Assembly (NCBI GenBank): GCA_013265495.1
Contig: MU058221.1
Location: 2,728,001 to 2,792,000 of the forward strand
Length of the DNA stretch: 64,000 bases
Reading direction: 5' to 3'
DNA from: Vicugna vicugna
Lineage: Eukaryota
Under the pieces are notes generated by a model. The model searched no databases, had not been told where the DNA came from, and saw nothing but the letters and a program-made list of their open reading frames with translations. Of this stretch, positions 1 to 12,946 are shown piece by piece (positions within the stretch are counted from its first letter, which is position 1; each line of letters begins with the position of its first letter). The position numbers and the translations under genes are program-made.

Positions 1-217
1 CTGGGGTTGTTAGCATGTCTGCCACGGTCATAGGTGAGTGCAAAGCATACCTCCGTGTCTCATACAACTTCTTCCCAGGGCAGGGAGCACCTCTTCAAAC
101 AGATGGTCCTCTTACCGCTTTCTTAACACACCTATGGGCCAAGACTCTCTCTTTTATAACACGGGCTGTGGCATTGTATATTAACTATATATATATTATT
201 GTCAAATTTCTTAAACC

Positions 218-521
218 TCTTCTGCCAATTTTTGATTGAGTTGTTTGTGTGTTTGATTGTTTTTTGATATCTCACAGTATGAGCAATTTGTATACTTTGG
301 ATATTAACCCCTTGTCAGTTGCATCCTTTACAAATATTTTCTCACGTTCCATAGGTTGTCTTTTCATTCTGTTGATGGTTTCCTTTGCTGTGCAAAAGCT
401 TTTAAGTTTGATTAGGTCCCACTTGTTTATCTTTTATTTTATTTCCTTTGCCTTGGGAGACTGATATAAGAAAATATTGCTACGAGTTATGTCCAAGAAT
501 GTTTTGCCTATGTTTTTTTTC
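218..521 (-). mobile_element. LINE-1 ORF2 fragment: inverted 5' arm of a twin-primed insertion
   Basis: Reverse complement reads as typical late ORF2 (…gacctaatcaaacttaaaagcttttgcacagcaaaggaaaccatcaacaga…) and ends in tggcagaaga, where the + strand arm begins. Confidence 0.88.
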
Positions 522-1420
522 TGGCAGAAGACCTAAATAGACATCTCTCTAAAGATTACATACAGATACCCAATAGGCACATGAAAAGATGCTCAGCTTC
601 ACTAATTACCAGAGAAATGCAAATCAAAACTACAATGATGTATCACTTCACACTGGTCAGAATGACCATCTTTAAAACGTCTACAAATAATAAATGCTGG
701 AGAGGGTGTGGAGAAAAGGGAACCCCTCCACACTGTTGGCGGGAATGTAAATTGGTGCAGCCACTACTGAAAACAGTATGGCAATTCCATTAAAAACTAA
801 ACATAGAGCTACCATATGATCCAGCAATCCCACTCCTGGGCATATACCCTGAAAAGATGAACACTTTAATTTGAAAAGATACATGCACCCCAGTGTTCAC
901 AGCAGCACTATTTACTACAATAGCTAAGACATGGAAACAACCCAAGTGCCCATTGACCAACAATTGGTTTAAGAAAATGTAGTAGATACATACAATGGAA
1001 TAGTACTGAGAAATAAAAATAGAATGAAATATTGCCATTTGCAGCAACATGGATGGACCTATAGAATATCATACTAAATTAAGTGAGTCAGACAGAGAAA
1101 GACTAATATCACATGATATCACTTTTCCTGGAATCTAAAAATATAAAACAATGAATCCATATACAAAACAGAAACAGAATTACAGACAAAACAAATTTAT
1201 GGTACCCAAAGGGGACAGGGAGAGGGGAAGGGATAAATTAGGAGTATGGGATCACAGATACAAACATAAAATAGATAAGCAAAGAGGATTTACTGGACAG
1301 CACAGCAAACTAAATTCAGTATCGTGTAATACTGTAATGGAAATACATATACAACTGAATCACTTTGCTGGAACCAGAAACTATCACAATGTTGTAAATC
1401 AGCTATATTTCAATTAAAAA
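522..1420 (+). mobile_element. LINE-1 ORF2 3' end plus 3' UTR (Cetartiodactyla-type L1), degenerate
   Basis: Translated pieces [18 protein letters not shown]…[11 protein letters not shown]…HCW match the ORF2 C-terminal Cys-rich region. The 3' UTR ends tatatttcaattaaaaa. Degenerate TSD at 204-219 / 1418-1433. Confidence 0.92.
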
Positions 1421-3052
1421 GTTCTTAAACTTCAATATGGGAACAAACTGGATAAAATCTGAGTAAGGGCTAAAAGGAAAGTTGATCAGTTGTTGTCTGT
1501 AGCCCCTCAACCTGGTAGGGGATAGACTACCAAATTCTTAGTACAAATTACAGAATTGTGACCAAGGTCAAATTTAATGGTGATAGTATATTTCACCGTC
1601 TCCTTTACCAACTGTATATCCGTATCTTTTAGGAATATAGTACCTACTACAATCTAGAATGATTTTTACCAAAACGTCTGTGTTGAGAGTAGGTAGGAAG
1701 TCACAACGGTGACTTTTGCTGTGGATTTCCTTCTCATCTGTTAGATAATGTTGGAATTAAAAGTAAATAAAGACCCTTGGCAAAATCTGACTGTAACCTC
1801 TTGGAATTCTTAATAGTGAAGGAAAGGAAAATAGGACACAGAGCCCTATGTATGGAAGTGTTCCCAAAAGCAAGTTTAAAAATAAAAGTTCAAAGGAAAA
1901 AACAGTAATAATTCCATGGCCAAGGCTCTGTAGGTTCAGAATATAAACTTCTGGACTACATGGCTGCAGAGAGTCTAAATGAGGGCAAGTGAGGCAGACA
2001 GTCTCTGATGAGCTTCTAGGGCAGGCACGGAAGATACAGGAGAAGGGGCTGATGGTTCTTTCCCACGAAGGCTCAGAGTAAATTTTAAAGTTATCTTTCA
2101 TTCTAGATGCCAATTCAGAGTGACCTGGTTTGTCGTACACACATTGTCTGCTTTGGGCATATATCTGGCTATAAATATTTATCTTGATCATTTTCCCCTT
2201 ATGCTGATTCTTTTCTCTGAAAATCACCCATCATTTGCTCTCCTATGCTAGTATTTCTTAACCTTTTATTATTTATTATTACTATTACTATTCATTATTA
2301 TTCCCCTTGGGCACCTTTTTAAAACCTTCTTTTCCCTAGTTACCTCCTACACATCATGTTAATAGCACAGACATTCATGTATCTGTCTGTGCACTGTGAC
2401 CTTTTGGAAGGCTGTGTACTGTTGTAATGTCTGACAATTTTTTTGACCCCACCCCACCGGGAAGCAATTTTTGACCCCTTGGGAATGCATGACTTCTGCC
2501 ACAACTGTTTTCTTCTGCAGACAACGTATAGATCTGAGCTCCTGGGGGGGCGTTTTTCTCTTTCTCTGACATTTTGTTTCTTAGCTCCCTTATTAACCTA
2601 AGAGAAGTACCCATGGTGCTCCTTTTTTGGTTAGCTGAAGATGCATCCCTTGCTTTGCAGTACCCTGTGCTCGCTACCATATGATCTCATCCGTGTAACT
2701 ATGGACACCCCCTTAGCTCCTCTTCCAGGAACACGCATGTAAAGCAGAGAGAGAAACAATACCATCTGGATGCTTCTCTTCCTTCGGTGTTCTTCTCAAC
2801 ACTTAATTCTACGAGGTGTAGCCCAGGTTTCTTTCTTTATTTTTCTGAGGATGACAGTTGTTTAGCTGCGCTTTAGCAAATGTTGGTGAGCTCATTCTTG
2901 GCAGATTCTCTGCACCACCTCAGGTATATACTGAGGGAGACAAGAATTCCTATTGGGCACGGTATCAGTTTTGCATATGATTTCTTGTTTTCCTCCAGAG
3001 AGATTCGTTGGACGCTGTACAGCTTTGTTATTTTTTTGTTGAATCTATGGTT

Positions 3053-3330
3053 GTGTATCAGTCAGAATAAGTCAGGTTGTGCTGCATTAACGAAACTCCC
3101 TCCAAAATCTCAATGCCATTCTGTCCAAAACTGTTGCTTGCACTAGAGGAAACGCCAGCTGTAGAGGATCTTACTTTTAGCACAGAAGTTACAGTTGTAA
3201 CTTCCATTCTCAACTCATTCCTCAGAGTTAATCACATGCCACCATCCAACCACAAGAAAGGAGGCACTGTGACCCTCCTTTACTCTAAGGGACAGTTCAG
3301 ATCTTGGTGAGCAGAACTAATGAGTACCCT
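3053..3330. mobile_element. Old MaLR LTR fragment (MLT1-like)
   Basis: Starts tgtatcagtcagaataagtcaggttgtgctgcattaac…caaaatctcaatg and includes tcacatgccaccatccaaccacaag, recalled as MLT1J/K/L-like. Highly diverged. Confidence 0.55.
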
Positions 3331-3401
3331 AGGGCGGGGCCAGGATTTTCTCTATTTTCTGGAACTTTCTCCTCCATACATAGATGGGTGTTTTTTTCAA
3401 T

Positions 3402-3549
3402 ATTTTTTGGGGGGCGGTGGTAACTAGGTTTATGTATGTATGCATATATGTATTTATATATTTATTTATTCAGTGGAGGTACTGGGGCTAGAACCCAGGA
3501 CTTCGTGCATGCTAAGCACGCACTCTACCACTGAGCTATAGCTTCCCCC
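3402..3549 (-). mobile_element. tRNA-derived SINE (camelid Vic-1-like)
   Basis: Reverse complement ggggaagctatagctcagtggtagagtgcgtgcttagcatgcacgaagtcctgggttctagccccagtacctcc has Pol III A and B boxes, followed by an AT-rich linker, aaacctagttacc, and a C-run/A tail. Confidence 0.85.
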
Positions 3550-6500
3550 ACTTCTTCAGTATTTATAATTTATTTATAATTATTTCATAATACAAAGCCG
3601 CCTTCCCTCTCTCTCCTCCTGAATCGTGTTTTTTTTTTTTCCTCATCAGCTTCTGGCCCCTTGATTATAATTTTTCTTTTCTTCTTTGTAATCTTCATTT
3701 CTCTTTTGTTTGTTTGTTTCTGTGAATTTATACTTGAACTCCCAGCCAGATTGTGAGTTTCTAGCCCCCATTTTAACACTCGCTCTGTTGGGTGAGCAGT
3801 TTATGGACAGAGGTGCCCCAAGTCCTTTGATTTCTCCTTCTGCGGGGAGATTTGTAGCACACGTTCTTGGGGGAACTAAAAGGCTTCAAGCATATGAAAT
3901 GAATCTCATGGTGTCTGTAATTTCTAGGCGAACTGACTTTGTTTTTGCTGTTTCCACTTGGAAACTGCTCGTTTTCAGACCCATTCTGATGAGTTTCAAA
4001 CAGGCTTCTGCCGCAGAATTCTACCGACGCACCTCCCTGCAACAAGAGAATGGCCAGCTCTGTTCTCCTCTGATAGAAACTTCTCCTTCTGTGTCTCAGA
4101 GCTTCCAGTGTGAAAGAAGTGATAAGGTGATAAAGTAATTGCTGATGGGAAGAACAAAAGGGAGATTTTGATAGTGTCTTCCTTTGTACCTCTGGATGGG
4201 TCAGAAAAGCATAGTAGAACTTCTGACGCAGAACCTAGAGCTGAGGCGCAAACAGCAGCCCCAGGCCTCAGATAACTTTCTGACTCCAATATCATGGCCT
4301 CTGCATTTCTCTAGAAATTGATTATTTCCACTGCCAAGGGCTGACATTGGAATCTTTTTCTCTTGAGCTGCATCATGAGAAAGCACTTATCTCTCTCTAA
4401 TTCTGAAAAGAAACTTTTGTTACGTATTCTTTAGATCTGCAATGTGCCTTTCATTGCTCACTGCATGAGCTCCGATTTGTAAAGAAACATAGCTCCTGAA
4501 GACCCAAGCTACTCCTTGTTCTGCTTTGCGGGATACAAAGCCGAAAAGGATAATAGCCAAGGTCTGGTGGCTTCAGCCGAAATCAGTGGAGGCTCCAGAT
4601 TCCGTCTGAATGACAATAACCTTGGCGTCCCTGAAACGCACCTCTGTTAATTTCATCCTCGCAGCCTGGCAGGAGCACATTTCTCAGTCAAGATAAAAGG
4701 AGCCAGACTGGCCTTTTTTTTTTTTTTTTCCTGAGATCTGGCTATGTCTTCTCTTTCTTCACCTCACTTTCCACTTTTCTCTGTCTTCTCTCTCCTCCTC
4801 CTCCTTGCTGGGCTCCTTTGGGGCCAGGTGTTTGGATGACGTCCGTCCTCACTCGAGACAGCCAGTGGGATTCGTCCCCCAGAGCACACCCACGAGGCAG
4901 AGTGCCAGCCACCTTAGCGTGGCCTCTCTGGGGCGGGATGGGGTTTGCCGTTCTCCCCTCAACACCGACGTGCTCAAAAAAGCAGTTTCCACACTGAGCC
5001 GATTGGCTAATACGTCCCTTTTTGATCACTTGAGACCATGGATATCTGAGCAACACTAGAGTATTTTCACAGAGCAGGAGCAGACAGAGTGGAAAACAAC
5101 AGGAAGGTGCTGGACACCTGTTTGGAAGACGCCTTTTCAGTAAAAGCAGCAAGGGCCACGTGACCTGGACACCGACTTGGCTTCCTTCACCGTTTTGTCT
5201 CAGCTCAGCCCCTATGGTGGGCGAGGGCAGGGCAGCTCTCTGCAGTGCCTTCCTGCTTGTCTCGTCCCACACAGCTCTGTCCCCTCCCATCCAAGCTGGC
5301 CCTCCGGTCCTAACAGCTCCTCCGGGATGTCCACTCTTAACTCTGGCCGACTGGAGTTGGTCATTGGTCACATACAGCTGAGCAAGTGGAGGGCATAGCC
5401 GTTCTTTCTCAGGGATGTGGGAGCTTTTTTCGTGTTAAATACAAGTTGAAGAAATTTATCTTTATTGAAAAGTTAGTTTATGTGATTAACCATATTTAGT
5501 TCTGATCATGCAGATTTAAGTTCCCTCTGCGGTCTTTGGAAGTTATCTGCCAAGGACAGAATGTGGTCTCAAGTGAGCAAGAAATACAGGCAAATTAGGT
5601 GCCGAATTCCACTTGTCTAAAAATGGTAAATTAATAGCCCTTATCTAATGGCGTTCTTTTTCCTTGAGTTAAGGCATAACTGAAATTTTCTCGTCCATGT
5701 GAGAGCAGAAGAGATTTTTATTTCTTCGCTCCATTCCCCTCAGGAGGGGTGCGCTAAGTTTTGTTTCCAGTAGAAAACCCCAGCTTCCCAGTGGTTCTCT
5801 CTGTCTCAGGCCAGTCCCTCCCTAAAAGCAGTCCTCCCTTCAGTCTGCCAGCTCGGTGCTGCTCGGGAAGGGGAAGGGGGACGGATGGGAGCAGCTGTTT
5901 CTGACCTTCAGCGAGAGAATTCTGTCCGTTAGGCACTATAAATTCGCTTTCTGCGAATGGGAGAGCAGAAATGTTCTCCATCAGGACAGAGAGAGCATTT
6001 GCACCCGAAATACACAGAAAACCAATCAATCAAATTAATTTCTAGCCGTCAGCCTCGGAGGCTCACCTCCATCAGCCACATCAGGAGGCAAAAGGGCAGT
6101 TAACCTGTCATGACTGGGGAAGCTTGGGGAGCCCTGAAGACTCGCGCACCAGCGCTGGTAAAGGGCGCCTTCCTGTCGCTGTGCCTGTCAACAGTTTGCT
6201 TCGTCTGTAATCACAGTATCCAGTGCTGCCGTGGAGGGAGGCGGTCAGATGCCGCGGGGCCCAGATGCTCACTGGTCCACTGCCCCAGTCCTTAAATTGC
6301 AGACAGGGGTTATTCCTTTGATTGAAAGAGTGAGAAGAAATACACACAGGCACCTCTTTATCCTCGAACTGGCCCGTCATCAGGCGAAGACCCCTTGGGG
6401 ATGCGCGATGTCAGGTAAGTTTGTTGAGAAGATGTCTCTGGCCGAGAGTTGCGCTGGGGAATCCTGCCACAAACAGCCACTCAGGACAGCCCTGGGTCCC

Positions 6501-9500
6501 AGAACCCCACGTTATTCATAAGGGTGGGAGTTTTTTGCTTTGCATCAACACTGAATCACTTCCTGGACAATATCCCTCTTCCTCTTTGTTGCCTAAAATT
6601 GGTTCTGGAGAGCCACTTTACATACCCCGGTAACTAAATTCCTTTATGATCAGGGTGTCCTGTGACATTTGGCTCATCTGTGAGGATCATACTAACTAGA
6701 CAGTTGCCAGGATCCACATCCTTAAAGTATGTTATTTCTAGGAAGTACGAGTAGAAAGCCTTCAGGCATTAGGACAGTGAATGAGTCAATTCGCTCTAGG
6801 GCAAGACATTCGAGAAAGGTTTAGACAGTGGAGCTAAAAATGCTGCACTTCACTTAGAGGCATTCATATCAAAAACACTGACCTGCGGTTTGATAGTTGG
6901 ATGACTGTGGTGACTCTTGAAGAATGTCTTGTATATTTAGTTTAATGATGAAATATCCTTTAGTGAAAGGTGCTGTGAGCTAGTGATCTCTGGGTAGGTG
7001 TGGAATGTCATGATGGGATAATTGGATCAATCTGGTCTCCTGGTTCGGGAACATCATTTCCCAATCTGTCAAATTCTCCCCCTCTTCCGACACCCACAGA
7101 AGCACAGATTTTGGTTATGACGCTGGGAAGTCTCCAGCTGTCCAAGAACATTCCATGCCCGTCTTGTCCTTCTGGATGGAGGACAGTGCCCCTGCGCCAG
7201 CACATCCTCCATGACTGTCAGACATGCTGAAATTTACAGAAGCTACTCTTGATGAAGTTTCTGCCTCAGCCCTGAGCTCGGCTGGCTCTGCTTCCTGGCT
7301 GTATTTCCTACTCGGTCTTGGATGGCGTGCAGTGTCCAGCCTTTGGTTACCACTGTTGGTGACAGTAATATCAATAATCATTATCTGCAGTGGAATGTTT
7401 TTATCTGCAGAAAAAACATACTTACTGGGGTTTTTCCGTTAGATTCTTAACTAGCCTTGCTTTGACTATGTATGTGATTAAATGCTGTTTAATTTCAGGA
7501 AAAGTTTGGTTTCTGAAGTTGAATCCGTAAGCATTTTATAAAAACACTGTCCAACCCAGTATTTGCCTTTTTTGGCCTTAGTTCTCAAGAAACTAAATCT
7601 GAGTTTAGTACCCAATTATAGGTGATAGACTTACCTGAACTTACTCATACTGGGTTTTGTTCATTTCTGCCCCTGGATCATTGAGAAGGTCCCATAATTT
7701 ACTCACTAGCATAAATAGAAATGGGTCTTTCTCTTGAGCCCATCAGCATCATTTATTGTCATTCAGGAGAGAGAAGGGAACTCACAATTAGTATGTTCTC
7801 AGGGGCAGTGGGAAAAATGGAAGAAGCACCCGGAGCTTGGTTCTAGGAGGGACCATGGAAAGCAGACACGGCCGGGAAGGCCAAGGAAAGGCAGGTGCAG
7901 AAGGAAAACAAAACAGCATCGTGAAGACCGAGAAACCTTTTTCAAGTGCTGTCCTCCACCGTGCTTTGTGCTCATGAAACAAGAAAACACAGAAACCTAT
8001 TGGCAAATCCAGACTGAAAAAGTGGCAGGTCATCAGACTGGTAGCCGGGGTGCCTGCTTTCGCGTCCTGCCTCGGCCCCTTTGCAAAAACTACACTCTCT
8101 CTCAGTCTTCCTTTCTTCATCTTAACATTAGACGTACAGGCTGGATGCTCTCGAAGTCTCCTTCTCAGCTTTAACATCATGAGGCATTTAAAAAATGCTT
8201 CCGTATTTCACGAGTGTTGGGAACAGCATTGTCACTCCCCAGCATGGGCCCAACGGCAGCTCTGAGCTGCAGATAATAATAGGTTGGAACCGATCCCTTG
8301 ACCTGATCTGTTCTGACCTCCTCTGGACTCTGTGTCCCAGAAACTTTTATACTAATTCAAAGGGTGACTTGTCTGTTTGGTAAAATTTCCTTTAAATTGC
8401 AGGAAGCCACTGCATGCTGGTATCTTTCCTGTCCTGCGGAAATAGACCAGAGCTCAGTCGTCTCAGAAAAGCTTTTATGGGTCTATTAAAATAACTGAGT
8501 CCCAAGAGTCCCAGCTGCTCATCGAACCCAAACCCCTAAAGGACCGTGTCCTCACCTGAGGGAACTGACACCCACAGACCACCCTGAAGAATAACGTACA
8601 AGGGATCCTCATGTCAGTCATGTCTGTCATTCACATTCTTTCTAAGATGGGGTCTCATTATTGATCCACTATTGTCTAGAAGGCCTTTCCCCTCACTCCA
8701 CGTAGGGGGGCCGTTCCGTGATTTCCTCATCCTTCCCCCAGTAGGAATACTAATGGAATACAAATTTCAGCCATCAGTTCCAAACGGAGGTGCAGGACCA
8801 AGAGGTGTGCTTTTCCGAGCAGCTGACTGAAAGCTGGTTTACAGACTCTTAATACCCTCCCCCACTCTGGAGGCATAAAGAGATGGCTACTTTGGTATTA
8901 GAGGGAAGGCATTTTTGGAGAGGGCTGCCGGTGTGCTGTGCCAGCCCCTGTCTTTAGCAAAGGGAAACAGGCTCAGACAGAAGCACTGGGAGAGCTAGAA
9001 AAGTCCTCAAGTGCCAATGAAGAACGCAGAGGGATGGGGGTCCCGTCAGGTTGGGAGAATCTGAGGAGTGAGCCTTAAGCTGCAGTTGCTTCTGTCAGGA
9101 AGCAGAGAAAAGTTGGCTGCACTGGGATTGGCCAGAGTTTACCCATGAAAAGGACTGGTGTTTCCTGTGGGTGAAGAGGTTCCGTGTGGAGTGAGCCAAG
9201 GTCCTATTCAAGATGGCGGCTTGGAGAGTGAATTAACCTCGGTGGAAAAACTGGAGGTATTATTGGCTTCTGAGGGACTGACGGAGGGGTAAAGGACCAG
9301 TGGGGGGAAGATGCACTGGCCCTCAGCAAGGGGAACCACTGGTGACAGAGCCCACTGTGAACACCTGCCAACCCCAGCCAGCACCTGTGTTGGGACAGCA
9401 TCTCTGTGCGGTGAGCAAAGACGTTCCTGTTCCCCTTTTCTCTTCTGCCATCCACTGCCCTGCCTTGGAGGTCTTGAAAGCCCCCGTTAGCAAGTTGTGG

Positions 9501-9643
9501 GAGCAGGAGTGGAAGCTGCCCAGTGAAGGAGGAGAAGAGAAACCAAGCAGGTGCCTCTCCACTTACTGTGGTCCCATCAGGGGATGGAGAGGAGCCTTAA
9601 CTTTAGGGCAAGATGTAAGCTTTAACCCTTCGGTAGAGCTTTA

Positions 9644-10157
9644 TGTGGTAAGAAGAATACTGCCTTCCCCTCCAAGATGTCCACGTCCTAATCCTTGTAC
9701 TTTGTAAAAAGGTGTGATGCATGACAGAGGGGGCTTAAGGTGGGAGGTGGAAAGAAGTTTGCTAATCATCCGAGCTTAAGATGAGATTATCCTGGATATT
9801 CTGGGTGGTCCCAGAATAATCACAAGGGTCCTTATAAATAAAAGAGGGAGAAAGGAGAGTTGGAGTCAGAAGGATGCGATGTGAGAAAAACTTGACCGGG
9901 TCTTGCTGGGTTTGACGATGGAAAGGAACCATAAGCCATTAACGTGAGCAGCCCCTGGAAAACAGAGAAGGCAAGCGAATGGATTCTCCCCTGAAGCCTC
10001 GAGGAAAGAGCCCAGCCCCTCGGGCTCCTTCATGGTAGCCCAGTGAGCTCCATTTCCAACTTCCTACCTTCAGAAATGTAGAATAATAAATTTGCATTGT
10101 TTAAAGCCCCTCATTTTGTGGTAAAATTTTCCAGCAGCAATAAAAAAAAATAATACA
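9644..10157 (+). mobile_element. MaLR solo LTR (MLT1D-like)
   Basis: TG…CA ends (tgtggtaagaagaat … taataca). Contains gagattatcctggat…aatcacaagggtccttata, gattctcccctgaagcctc and an aataaa near the 3' end. Confidence 0.85.
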
Positions 10158-12639
10158 TTGAAGAAGCGAATTGAGGCTGACTTACTTCAGAATGACCGGA
10201 AAAGTCATGGAGAAGAACTAGCCCCAGGGAATAAATTAAACAGAGAAGGAAACCAAAAAATACGAATTTGTGCCCCACAACCCAGCAGTTACATTTCTAA
10301 ATTGGGTCATCAAGTGGTCTTTCTTACTGGAAGTTCCCAACACGGCAGGTCTGGAACCGGGTTCTGTGTTTCTGTAAAATGAGTCACGCATTTCCCGGTT
10401 CTGAACAGAGTCGCCTCTGAAGTCCGAATCCAGAGACCCTGGCTTTTTGTGGGGCTCTGCTCCGTTGCAGAAACAGTGTGCTCCATTTAGGGGGCCTGGG
10501 TTTTTTGATGAGCCTTAGCTGTTTTTCAAGCATTCTTGAAACGGGGCTGAAAAGGCAGATCTCAGGGAAGGCTGTCTTCTTTTGAAGCATGAGGATGGGG
10601 CTGTGAACAGATGTCATGAGGATGGGGGTGTGATCGGATGCAGTGAGGGTCTGAAAGCTGGGGGTCTAGGTTGGGACCAGCTTTGGGGGACTCTGGATAC
10701 TCCAAGGAATGGGTCACACTTTGTCCCAGTAATGAGAGTTGATAAAGACGTGAACTCGGGCAGTGGCAAAGGAATTAGAAAGGAAGCAGATTGGAGACAG
10801 TTTGCTGTTAAAGGTGACAGAATTTGTGTGTAAACTGAATAAGAATCTTATTTTTCTCTCCTGGGTAATTAAAAGACTGGGCATGTCATTAGCTGACAGT
10901 GAAACTGAGCAGAAAAAAAAATGGGAGGGGAGCCTATTTTTTGGTGGAATCATACCTTGGACGTGATTGAGGGCCACCTTTTTGGTGTCATTCGACCAAC
11001 TCAGAAAGTTACACTGAGTAAGTAAGAAAGAAGTCAGAGATTGGGATGACGACTGATTTGGGTACTTTCAACTCAAAGGTGAAAGCAGCTAAGATCACAG
11101 GAATGAATGAAATCGTCTAAGAGGGGGGTGTTGAGAATCATTTAGACACTATACCTGTGCAGGAGTAGGAAGAGCTTTTTCACGAAAAAACCATTGCTAG
11201 GAATCTCGACCACCTCAAGGAGGCTGAAGGGGAGAGCAGAATTCAGAGCAACTGGTGAGCAGAAACAAAAGCTGAGGTGTAAACGTGCAAAGGCTGAGCA
11301 AATATTAGGTTGGTTGCAGGGAGCAGAGAGAAGCGACTCTCTTAAGAGTCCAAAAAGACGTATAAATCGGAGCTGTCAACTGAGAGGAGAAACTCCGTGT
11401 GAATGACCGGAACGTGGGAAAGAGAAGCAAAAGGGGGAAAATGGTAGTGATTTGGCGATAATGGCAGGGCTGCGTGAAGATAAAGATGAGAGAGGATGCT
11501 ACGGGATGTCAATTTCTATTGCTGACGTTAAACTTCAATGACAGTGTTCATGCCACAGCAGGGCTTTTTGTCCTGCAGTTCTCAGAGCACCAAGGGGCTG
11601 AGCTCCAAGGTGAGTTCCTCTCCCCTGCTGTGAGGGTGTGAGTGGCACAAGGGCGGATAGCCAGACACAGGCAGGCTTGGCACCTACGGTGTTGTCAGCA
11701 TCATATTTCATGCTGAGGTCAGTACAGGGGAGAGAGGGGCTGGCCCCTGCCTTTGAGACTCAGATGGTATAACTGGGAAGGCAAGCTCTTCCCAGAGGAG
11801 AGCATTTTTAGTATAATCAAATTTTACACACTTAGTTTTTAAAACTAATAAATATTGTAAGATTTCAGAGTAAAGGAAGATCCTATTAGCCTATATGGGG
11901 TTGGTGAGAAAAGGCTCCGTGGATCATTGAACTTGACTTGTGGCGAGGTGGAGAGAGAGATGGAGTTGGGTAAGCAACAGCATTCAATAGAGCCTTTTGA
12001 CCTTGGCCCCCCAGGTATTGCCAGTCCCCATCTGTGTTGTCTCAGCACAAGGATAACTGTTGGTGGGGACCGCAGGTCTTCAGGGGGAGATGGAGTGGCA
12101 GAGAAACAGACCATGGATTGGTCCTGGCTCTCAGTCTGACCAATTGGATGATTATGGGAGATGAACTTAACCTCTCCGACTTTCAATGTCCTCATCTGTA
12201 AAACAGGGATCACAAAATTCATGCGTGCACCTTGTTCTCTCTTACCTTGTAGATAGTAGGATCTGATTCTATAGGCAGACCCCTGCTCCCTCTCATTCTC
12301 CTCTAGTTCCTCTTCCAAACAGATGTCCACGTGCTCTTCCTAAAAACATCTGTGCGCTCATCACTCACTTGCTTAAAGCTCTCTCCATGGCCTACAGGGA
12401 AAGCAAAAGGAATTCCATCTCTGGTGCTGACTTCCATCTCCAGCTGTGTCACCTGCTGACCCTCTCCTTACATGGCCTTCACGAACCCCATGACCATTTC
12501 CCAATACCCCAGGCTCCTCAGGCCTGGCTCACAGTTGGACCTTCTTCCTGGAATGCTGTCCCTGGGCCCCCAGCCTCTGCCCTTGCCCTTTCCTTGTTCC
12601 CCATCTTAATGTCTACCTTTTAAAAATATATATACATAT

Positions 12640-12790
12640 GCACTGAAGTATAGTGGATTTACAGTGTGTGTTAGTTTCTGGCGTACAGCAGTTATCCATA
12701 TACATATATATTCTTTTTCAGCTTCTTTTCCATTAGAGATCATTACAAGACATTGAATACAGTTCCTGGTGCCATAGTGTAGGTCCTTGC
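12640..12790 (-). mobile_element. LINE-1 3' UTR fragment
   Basis: tgaagtatagtggatttacagtgtgtgttagtttctggcgtacagc…attgaatacagttcctggtgc matches the other L1 3' ends in the window. Confidence 0.8.
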
Positions 12791-12946
12791 GTGCCTGCCT
12801 TGTGTAAGACTTTGGACTTGTTGGAACACCTCCTGAGTAACCCCTGTTTCTCCAAGTCCTGCCACAAAAAAAAGTCTCCCCTGACTTTGCGCTCTCACTC
12901 CAGCTTGCAGAGGCTTCTGCAACACTGTTTATATTCCACTGCATTC

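Noticed and set aside
522..1420. Functional L1 ORF2 or processed pseudogene
   Set aside because: All L1 pieces in the window are short 3' fragments with stops and frameshifts; none could be active.
4742..5371. Longest ORF in the track (209 aa, minus strand) and other 130-160 aa ORFs
   Set aside because: No recognisable domain, low-complexity composition and no supporting gene structure; expected by chance in GC-richer intron.
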